Source: Octopus vulgaris
Taxonomy: Eukaryota
DNA: 64,000 bases
Direction of reading: 5' to 3'
Assembly (NCBI GenBank): GCA_951406725.2
Contig: OX597825.1
Coordinates: forward strand, 42,408,001 to 42,472,000
Made by a program: the position numbers and the translations under genes
The notes under the pieces: generated by a model
Database searches by the model: none
What the model was told of the DNA's origin: nothing
What the model saw: only the letters and a program-made list of their open reading frames with translations
Shown here: positions 54,205 to 64,000 of the stretch, in pieces
How positions within the stretch are numbered: the first letter of the stretch is position 1
Layout of the letters: the number at the start of each line of letters is the position of its first letter

Positions 54205-54206
<2 letters not shown>
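53764..54206 (-). mobile_element. 5'-truncated R4/Dong-like retrotransposon inserted in (TAA)n
   Basis: HTDREIKANRPDTVVRDHEEKK(frameshift)CFLIDVSIP..EKLSKYKDLEIE..IPIIVGALG..QKIALLGTAHILRR is a PD-(D/E)xK RLE domain. 3' UTR contains aataaa; TAA repeats on both sides. Confidence 0.9.
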
Positions 54207-54257
<51 letters not shown>

Positions 54258-54258
<1 letters not shown>

Positions 54259-54455
54259 AAGCAGTGAGCTGGCAGAATTATTAGCACACCAAGTGAAATA
54301 CTTTGCAGTATTTTGTCTGCCACTATGCTCTGAGTTCAAATTCTACCTTTCATCCTTTCGGGGTCAACAAATTAAGTACTAGTTGAACACAGGGTCGATG
54401 TAGTTGACACATTTCTGACCCCATAAATGGTTGCCCTTGCGGCAAAATTTGAAAC
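54258..54455 (+). mobile_element. Family A SINE
   Basis: gcagtgagctggcagaatt...gagttcaaattct..ccttcatcctttcggggtcaac. Confidence 0.8.
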
Positions 54456-54799
54456 TATTATTATTATCATTGTTATTATTCACTTTGTTCATCATGTACA
54501 AGTATGTGTGAATTGATCATTATTTTATTTATTTTATTCTATTTTAGAAAAATTGAAACATGTGTTTGACAACTCTGGAGTGTCATGAATTTATTTTGTG
54601 TGTGACTTTTAGCCAACCCTCTGTGTGTGAGTGTGTATGTGCATATATATGTGTGGGCGTGGATTACTAAAAGTTCAGTCATACTGAATAATTATAGATT
54701 AAGTGGTCAAGAGAGAGAAATAAGAAGAGGAGTGAGTAAAGAGAGGGGATTCTTTTACAGTATCTGTCATCTTGCACATGATTCTTTTTTCTTTTTACT

Positions 54800-57700
54800 T
54801 TTAACAGAATTTTAGAATCAGTGTATATATATGTTTTCCATGGATGGATGTAATTTTTGATTCATTATAAATCTGATGACATCTTATTCTTTTTGGTGGT
54901 CTACTTGGTTGACTTCCCTGTAAGGAATGGTCATCAACCATTCCGGTTGGTTGATTATCTTATGGGGTCAGTTTGACTTTTCCCTGAGGGTCCAGTTCGG
55001 ATCAGTGGTAAAATTGCATTGGTCTAGAGACAGGTGACGTCAGCAACTGGTGTTTGAGAAGGTGTATGGTGCTATCGTATAGAGATTTGGAGTTGTGGTT
55101 TCAAAACCCAGGAGGAAAACTGTTACAAAAGTTTTCAAATTATGTCTGTTGTATCTGGTGGGTTTTTGTGGAGAAATTGAGTTTTTTCTTCTTTCTAAAG
55201 GATATTTAGCTGTGGTTTATATTTTTCAATGAGTATGTTTTCCTTTTGAATTGGAATTGGGTTGAAGTATTTCCAGTACATTGACAGAGAGGGAAGATTT
55301 GGTATTTCGGGTTTATGTCTGCAGGGAATTGGTTTAGGTGTTTGCTTGTGGGAATTTTCCCGGTCGTGGGGTCCTAGATTTGTTACCTATGTACCGTCAG
55401 TCTGTCCCTCAAGGTCCAACTAGTTTGACCTAGGTAGTCTCCATCACACCTACCACATTTGAGGACATAGATTAAGTTCTTCGATGTACAGGTGAAGTGG
55501 TTTTTTATGGTGAAAATTTGACCTGACTTACATCTATATGCTGAGCCCTCCAAGACGCAGATACAAGTTGCACAATTAAGGCAGTTGCATTTTTTGACTA
55601 GTGGGATTGTATTGTTGGTGGAGAATTTGGCACTGGTGAGTAAACTTTTATCTTTTTTTACTCACAGATCGTTCATAAGGAGGACCATGTTTTGGTGTTG
55701 TATGCTTCCATGCTCCTCAGATTGTGTGTTGATATGTAAGGTAAAGTTTAAAGTGTGTTATGGGGTTTTCTTGTTTTCTATAACTTTTGGATGTCTATCA
55801 TTTTTGCACATTCTATTCCAATTTTGATTAAACAGCCAGGCATTTTCTTTCTAGTATTGTGTTTTTTTAGTTCTTGGAGTCATTTATCGTGGGTTTCAGG
55901 ATCTGATGCAATCATGCAGATTCTTCTTGCTAAATTGAACTGCATATTGATTTTAGTAGGTTTTAGGTGGCAGGAAGAAAATAGAATATATTGTTTTGAG
56001 TCTGTTGGTATGAAGTAGATGTCAGTTTCAATTTAAGTATCTCTTTTTATGATTAAGATGTCCAGGAAGGGTAGCTGTTTGTAAATTGGATACTGTAGCT
56101 AATGCTGTTGATTAAGTTTTTAAATTCTAAGACCACAAAATGAAACAATCATCCAGGTAGCATTTCCAGTTGGCAAGTAAGTATTTTTGGAAGTTGTCTC
56201 CTAATTTCAGTCTAGCATGCTCATATATTTGAACTTCCAAGTTTGCCATGACAAAGTTAGCAAAAGTAGGGGCTATCTTCGTTCCCATCGCAGTACCCAA
56301 TTTTTGTCTGTAGGTGTGTTCTCATTGAAGTTGAAATTGTTCTGTAGGATGAATTTTATTCCTTAAATGATGAATACTTTTCCAGTTCAGTCAGGAATGT
56401 CATTTGGGAATTTATCCAGCGAGAATTGTATTGCTTCTATTCTGTATTCATGAAGAATCAAAGTGTAGAGGTTTATTACATTGAATGAAGCCAGAAGGGA
56501 GTCGTTGCTGGTTGTGTTCAAGAGATGATTTTAAAAATCCAAATCATCCCTTATAAAGCTTAGTATATGTAGAAGAATAGGTTTTAGCAGGACGTCAATA
56601 AAGTTATTGAGTCTGTGTTTCTCACATGAGGGACTGGCCACAATTGGTCTCATTTTGAGATCTCTCGAATGTGGAATACTTATGACTAAAGAAGTTGATT
56701 TGCTTCACTTTTGTGGATTTTGAGAAGTCCATAAAAGTTGCTGGTTTTGTAGTCAAATCTAGTTAAGTAATCTCTCTCCATTTCCATTAAATCTTGTTGG
56801 AACTGATGGATAAGGGTAGTAAGTCTTACCATTATCTTGGATTGACTCTAGTTGTTGATTTTTTCATAGTAAGTATTGTCTTGAAAGAGGATTAGGGTAG
56901 TGTATATGTATTTTTCTGAGTCCATGATTTCTACAGCACTCCCTTTATCAATTTCTTTTATAATTATATTTTGATCTTCCTTGAGATCATTAATGATATC
57001 CCATTCTTCTTGACTGGTATTTGTTTAAATTTTCTAGGTGGGAGTATCACAAAATATATACAGAGTTTGGCTTCTTCCTTTTGTCGGACAGTAGTTAGTT
57101 TTATTATGAAGTATTGAGTGATCATTAGTTCCTTTATCAACTAGTTCTTTGATGACTTAAAGTTTTCTATAGAATTCCTGGATATCATTTTGGTTCAACT
57201 TTGTGGTGTTGGGGTAAACTTCAGTCTTTTTGCAAGAATTTTGATTTATCGGTTTGAAAGGGTTTTACATGAGAGATTTATAATCTTCAGGACCTCAAAT
57301 CTGGTTGGTGCCATCGAGTGTCCTGGTTTTGGCCTAGTTTGCTTAAAAAATGGTTTCTTGGGTTTTGATGTAAGGAATTAGTGCTCTTGTTGATTGTCAT
57401 TCCTCAATCTATTGTGGGTTGCAATGGGTTTTGTGTGGGGTTGTTTTAATGGTTATATCTTGTGGTTTGGATGAGGTGGTTCATTGTAGAAGATATGTCT
57501 TGAATGAGAGAAGTTCTTATTTCTTCTTTGGTCCTTTTTGACGTCTTCATTATGTGGGATGTGTCTCAGACATGGAGAGTTCCTATTTCTTCAAAGAAAT
57601 CATTCACAAAGAAGTTAAGTCTGTGATGTGGAGGGTTCCTGGGGTGAAAGGGGTTTCTGTATTTTTGAGTGGGGGTGTTATGTCTTGCAGTGAAGGGTGC

Positions 57701-57900
57701 ATTGGAATTTCCCATTTTGTGTCTATGTTGAGTATTTGGTTGGTTTTTCGATGGAACTCTAGTGAGGGTAATGGTTATTCTTTGTTCTAGGTAGGCATTC
57801 AGGTATTTTTGTGGCAATATAAAAGGCAATATGAAAGGTGAATATATATTTAACCACATGATTTCCATAGGATTACAGCCATAGTCACATGATTCACTGA
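54800..57900 (-). mobile_element. Near full-length decayed Penelope-like element (RT + GIY-YIG)
   Basis: In order: DKGSAV, FYGLLKIHK, MRPIVASPS, YRQKLGTAMGTKIAPTFANF, WKCYLDDCF and FTCTSKNLIYVLKCGRCDGDYLGQT, with stops and frameshifts. Boundaries approximate. Confidence 0.9.
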
Positions 57901-57928
57901 ATTTATATCTCATACTATTCATTTATAT

Positions 57929-58458
57929 CAGGGGTGGGGAAACTTTTTAGTGCAGTGGGCAAAAATTTAGAAAGAAAAAGGTCTGCGGACAGATCACAAG
58001 TTCTAACTCTTACATCTGTGTAGATCTTGGATATATCTATGTATAATTCGTTATACATTAATAAAGATAAGTTTAACACATTAAATTAATGCATAACATC
58101 TTCATTGATGCTGCCACTGAATTTAGGACATTTATATTACTTATAAGGCTTCTATATTTTTCAGTTAGAGTGTAGTTGGATCTCAAGGGGGTGGTACAAA
58201 CCTAGCAATATGTGTTTTATAGTGAAAACAAAATTTCCATTCAAATGGCAATTACCGGAGGATTTCTGTTCGAGTCTAACCAGTTTAAGTCATAGTGGAA
58301 ACATGACCTATGTCACAAATATGCATATGAATATTGTATAAATTTCATAATTAAAAAATTAACTATATTTTGTACATACAAGTTTATCCGACTGTACGTG
58401 AAATAAAATGGGCTTGCGTGTGCAATTGCACCTGTGGGCGGGGTTTTCCCCACCCTTG
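57929..58458. mobile_element. hAT MITE with a perfect 8-bp TSD
   Basis: TIRs caggggtggggaaa / tttccccacccttg; TSD atttatat at 57921-57928 and 58459-58466. Confidence 0.9.
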
Positions 58459-58538
58459 ATTTATATACACACAGACAGGTACACCCACACACACACACAC
58501 ACATACATATATGTAAAAGAATTTAGAAATACAAGGGA

Positions 58539-58701
58539 ATAAACATGCTATAAACTTCGTTATCTGACACCTGTTTCTGCTATAAGAGGCAATGTATTCA
58601 TAGTTGAATGCTTGAGTAATACCTTCATCAGAACGTCAAACATTGCCTCTTATAGCAGAAACAGGTGTAAGCTAATGAACTTCATAACATGATAATTTAT
58701 T
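58539..58701. repeat. Inverted repeat with perfect 29-bp inner arms and hammerhead-like core
   Basis: 58567-58595 pairs exactly with 58640-58668. Minus strand reads CTGATGA (58625-58631)...GAAAC-AGGT-GTC, but helices I and II are weak. Confidence 0.75.
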
Positions 58702-58811
58702 CTGTTGTCATTATAGTTTCTTATTGCTGCTCTGTACTCCGCTGATGCCTAATTCTGAAACATGTATATTGAGTGCTTACATCATGCTACAAGTATCACT
58801 ATGTCTAAGTG

Positions 58812-58862
<51 letters not shown>

Positions 58863-59190
58863 TATATATGGTACTCCAGCATGACTGCAGCTGCATAACT
58901 GAAACACATAAAAGAATATATATATATATATATTTGTGTGTGTGTGTGTGTGTATACACAAATCTTTATCATCATTTAACATTTGTCTTCCATGCTGGCA
59001 TGGGCTAGATGGTCTGATTGATTCCAGTTATAGATAAATGTTTGGCCACCAATTCTTCAAAACATTTGTTTATGCACTAGTATCATATTATAAAGCTAGA
59101 AATACTATTACTATAACTAGCTGTAATAACATAAACATGCAAATGCTTAAAACTGAATCCAACACCATTTGTTAATCACCCACTAATTAA

Positions 59191-59371
59191 TGATTGATAA
59201 TAGTTGAATAGAACAATGCAAAATGTTATTAGATTCACAAATATTCCCTAAACAGAAATTAGCATTTCCAATTGAATAAGTAACACACAAATATGCTACG
59301 GCAATTGGCTATTTCTTCATTCTATCTCTCCTATTGCTAATGCTATAGATTTTGCTCCTCTGCATACCACT
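59191..59371. repeat. ~180-bp dispersed duplicate of 43174-43354
   Basis: Direct alignment by eye. Confidence 0.9.
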
Positions 59372-59886
59372 GAAGTGCAGGTTAATAGATAACTTTACTT
59401 TCATCATCGATATTAGTGTCCTAACATGAAAGAGGAACAAGTATATATATGACTTACACAGGTGGGTTGGGGGGCATTGGAGCCAAGTGAATAAGAGGCT
59501 AGCAAGTGGCTATATTTTGTTTTAGACATTTGCTCTTGCATATTACTATAGTCAAAATTTTGTCAGAAAATTCCCAACTTTATAGCATGTTTAAGAAAGG
59601 TGTATCATGAAGGTTTAGTGGGAAAATATGATTAATAATAATAACATAGCTGCATTCTTCTAAGAATTTACTTAGAAGTAGTATTATATGACTTTTTAAT
59701 CAGGCAAAATGGATAATTCTGCATGGGCCTGGAATCAAGCATGCTGAAAAACTTGTATATATTATATAACACACATGGAAATAAACACATATACATGCAT
59801 ATATAAACACCCAGTGAAACATGCATGAATGCAATCTGCTCAGACTTAACCATTATGCATTTAAAATCAGTCTTTAATGATCTTAC

Positions 59887-60048
59887 CAAGTATAACTGAA
59901 TTCCCATCATTCTTTTCAACTTGCCACAAAGCACACAAACACCATGATATCATTACCAACATTTTCATAATGAGGCCAGGAAGGTTTTGGAATGTTAATG
60001 GACTAATTGTTTTAGGTTTACATTTATAAACATAAATGACTAGTAAAA
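59887..60048 (-). other. Candidate internal exon (weak)
   Basis: Open frame with donor G|GTAAGA. Phase is compatible with an acceptor at 59369 and a GTGAGT donor at 63945; no recognised protein. Confidence 0.2.
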
Positions 60049-60126
60049 CTAAGTACAAAATCCTTCATAAATTCTCAAATAAAACTTAACATTATGCAAA
60101 TATATATATATATATATATATATACA

Positions 60127-60598
60127 TACAAAATTTAGAAGAATGACCACTAAAGTGGACACCCTACATGCTAAACATAGACGTCAAATCACCATAACCG
60201 CTGTAATTTAGTAACTGCAGAGTAATTTCCGACCTCAGTGTGCCAAAGGGAAGGCATTTGAATGATATACCAAATATAATTTGTAAAACTTTATACATGC
60301 TGGATTTCGGTTGAGCATTCTGTATCTAGTTCTGGAAATTATGTTTTGTAAACGACAGACTATGTTGACGATCTTGCAGATATTTGCGTGTTCACATATG
60401 TAAATATTAACAAGTGAAACCAATGGTACTTAGGTAATCGTTTTTTATTTCATATATTTTCATTTGTCTTGCTTATTTCTACATTTTGATTTTTTGCTGG
60501 GATTTTTCTTGAGAACACATTCTTCATGGTAATGGTGATTTGACGTCTATGTTTAGCATATAGGCTGTCCATTTTAGTGGTCAGTCCTCTAAATTTTG

Positions 60599-60600
<2 letters not shown>
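60127..60600. mobile_element. Inverted-repeat element (~73-bp arms) between TA runs
   Basis: tacaaaatttagaagaatgaccactaaagtggaca...gacgtcaaatcaccat is mirrored at ~60528-60600. Confidence 0.8.
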
Positions 60601-60641
<41 letters not shown>

Positions 60642-60651
60642 TTATATATTT

Positions 60652-60690
<39 letters not shown>

Positions 60691-61896
60691 AATCCCTCGC
60701 CATATAATGGTCACCTATCGTTGTTTATTATTTAAGCTTACGTTGATTCCTCTGTGGTGTTGTTTTGCATCTATAATAAAATAGATATTTACAAATTATA
60801 AAAATAATTCAAAGAAATATGTAGTACAGTATTGTTACTACTTTGCAGATTTTCACCAATTGCAGGGGGTTGGAACATAGCACTCACTATAGTCGAGTGG
60901 TTACTATAAGTATATAGAAACCTAGGTGGTTTTTGTTGGTATTAAATTCTAGGTTGGTCCTAATTCAGTGACCTTAAGATAAAAGCATTCTCTCTTTGTC
61001 CATTCTGTAATTTTGTATATCTTGGAAGAACTTTTTTCAAATGTGTCCTTATTTTATGACATGACAATTGTTTGCAGATAGACTGAATACACTCATTGAC
61101 ACATAACTCTTGAGTAATTGTTATAGCTGATATTGAATTGTAGGCAAGAAGCATGGAAACATTCTTGTTCTTGTTTCTAATTTTATTATGGTTGAATTTG
61201 AAAGTCTCTGCCTTTTGCTATTAGGTTTATTTCAATAATTAGGAAATGGTTTTCTCATAGCGTTCCTCATTAGTTTATTACAAGAATGTAAAGGGTTTTG
61301 AATGTTTTATTATATTTTGTTATTGATATAGTTCCTAAACAAACTAACTGAAGAAAATATGCACACAGCAAATTAGGAGACAGAAAACCTATATGTAAAA
61401 ATTTAACATCCACAGAAAACAAAAATGATAAATTACTGATAAAAAACACCCATTAGATAATATTGTCACAGCATTATTTAATGAGCAGAAAGTTTTACAC
61501 TAGGATTGTGGATATCATTTTTCTTCTAAAATAACATTAGAGCTGGAAGAACTAAGGAAAGGAAAAACTCTCTTCTACATAACTTTAGCAAATGATTTCT
61601 GATTTTTTCACTATTATGGGCCACTTTTATTTGATTGAATTTTCCCATAAAATCCACACTTTTGAAAAGTCCATCTATTCAATAAAGCAATTTTATTAAC
61701 TTACCACAAACTTATTTTCCCAAATTGATAATTATACATTTACTGTGGCCTTCAAATTTTTAAAGCAGCTCACAGACCCTCAAGACTACATTTGTAGAGA
61801 AACCAGGGATTTGAGAACATCAAGCTTAGCAGCCATTTCATACAAATAATGTAAGAAATAAAGTAGAAATACTGTAGGAAAATGAAAAATATATTA

Positions 61897-63143
61897 GGAG
61901 TGTTGGCTGAAAGGTACATAGGCCGGCCAAGGTCCCTCATGGAATGTGACCAAATGAGGTTTACATTTTAACATATTTCCTCTTGCAGCCCACACATTTT
62001 TTCCATCGGTGTTGCAGTGCTTGGATCCCTTTTGGCAAAGAAGCTTTCATCCTAAAAAAAATTCATCAACAGCAGATATGACATCATTATCACTGTGATA
62101 CTGGTTTCAAGCCAAGTGTTTTACATGTTAGGAAACATATAAAAATCAGATGGGGCCATATCAACCAGTTCAAAGCCACAGCCACACACGGCAGCCATTG
62201 AAACCAAGGACTTGTGTACTGGATCATTGTCCTGATAAAACAAGACAACTTTCTTCAGTTTTCCTGGGTAGTTGGTCTTGATAGTCTTTCGTAACTGCCT
62301 CGACAAGTTGGCATAGCACTCTTCATTGATGATATGGCCCTTCTGAAGATAGTCAATAAATGCAATGCTTTTTGTATCCCACAAAACTGAAATATTCACC
62401 TTTCCTGCAGATGAAACAACTTAGGCCTTCTTTGGAGAAGGTGATGAGGAGTATTTCCACTGTGTGGATTGTTTCTTTGTCTTTGATTCAAAGTGATGAA
62501 GCCAACACTCATACTGGATTAGAAAACATGCAAAGAAACCAGCTGGATCTGCTGCAAACAACATCAGATTTTCCCATGATGCAATCAGCCTGGGGTGCTT
62601 TTAATAAGGTGTCAGATGTAACACCTACCAGACAGAAACCTTCATCATGCCAACTCCATTGTGTAGAATATTCTCAACTTTCTCAAGGGATATGCTAATA
62701 GCATTGGCCTTTTGATTTATAGTCAATCATCCATCGTCCATTATCATGTGGTGAATATGATCAGTATTTTCCTCAGTGAAGGCAGTTGCAGGACATCTAG
62801 ACACTGGGATATCTTCAAGATTTTTCCTTCCCCTCCTAAATTCAGCTGCACACTTTTACACTGTTGATAAAGCTGGAGTGGATGTAGCAATTGCGTCAGC
62901 ATGAGTGTCCTTGGGGGCCCATTTTTCTAGGGGTACTTGAAACCACCTCAATGCCAAATTTTATCCATTTTCAAGTCACTACCAGTTACTTTTTAAGTCC
63001 CTTTTGAACAGTCAGATGTCAGTTTGTCTGAAAAGAAACAATGCAGTTATTAATGAGAAGAATTGAAAATAATGCATGCAAGATTACACAGCTGTAGCAT
63101 CACTCCTTTATAGTCAGTCTATGAATGCTTCAGCCCACCCTCC
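61897..63143 (-). mobile_element. Near full-length decayed mariner (same family as 36597-37567)
   Basis: VLWDTKSIAFIDYLQKGHIINEECYAN..LFYQDNDPVHKS..DMAPSDFYMFPNM, with matching TIR remnants. Confidence 0.9.
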
Positions 63144-64000
63144 TCAGTTATTTTTACATGTAAACATGTGCAAAAAAGCATATACATGATGTCATATATC
63201 GATAAGAAATCAGATATATAATCCTTTATCAATGGAAGGCTTAAGATTCTCCTCCACAAAAGTAGTACTTCAGAAAAAAATTATTAGGATAAAACAAATG
63301 CTGTAAAGTATTGGCTAAAGGAATAAATTGGAAAATCAAATAATGCAACAAGAAAAAAAAAGTATAAACACCAGGCGTAGCCATATTCACTGACCAAAAC
63401 ATAAGATATATATGAACAAAATATTCATCAGTCATTAAATAGGAAAATCCATTATCAAAAACCTCATTAAAGAGTACAAAATATGCTTTTATTCCATCAG
63501 AAACTAGCAGGAATAATATATCACAAGAACATGTAAAAGGAAATGGTAATCAACAATAAACCACAAGCCAGGAGACTTGTAAATGACCTTTATGTAACCA
63601 ATTTAATGTCCAAATACAGCTCTAAACACAAAATCTGTAATCTTTATGATTTTGTTAAATTGGGCGTACACACACTACACTTTTTGTCTCACTGATTATG
63701 CATCTACAACAACAGAGAAACCAAAAAAAACTGCAGCACACTATCACACAAAACAAAAGTACATAAGGTCACTAGAAATAACATAATCTATACAGAACAG
63801 CTAAAACTTTTAGATAATTAATCATGGAAACTATATTAATAGTGGAACAATGTACAAAATTGAAAGAGCGAATAAAAAATTTCTGAAAGAAAAACCAAGG
63901 CCAATGTGCAGAATTATGTAGGAACAAGAGAGTGAGATAACTCACCATTCCATACACAAGAAAAAAACCAATAAGAAAATAAATTTCCAATACAAAAATG

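Noticed and set aside
60200-60245. Hammerhead in the 60.1-60.6 kb inverted-repeat element
   Set aside because: Only CTGAGGT is present on the minus strand, with no helix II-GAAA-NUH arrangement.

Overview
AT-rich eukaryotic (animal) genomic DNA. The SINE, LINE and microsatellite content looks like a coleoid cephalopod such as Octopus (inference from recalled repeat families, not a search). No cellular protein-coding gene can be firmly identified, and most listed ORFs are chance, microsatellite or transposon ORFs. The window is a mosaic of decayed mobile DNA: a near full-length RTE LINE plus truncated copies, CRE-clade and R4/Dong-like RLE retrotransposons, several Penelope-like elements, mariner, maT and hAT remnants, a Helentron-type element and many tRNA-SINEs. 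One CpG-rich promoter-like island (about 7.8-8.4 kb) carries NRF1-, ETS- and YY1-like motifs. The most interesting signal is a set of minimal type I hammerhead ribozyme motifs from at least five sequence-unrelated families. Most lie in non-coding divergent inverted repeats next to TA runs. One set forms a retrozyme-like tandem with a 406-nt monomer, hidden by a nested small LTR element that itself carries a Tx1-like insertion.
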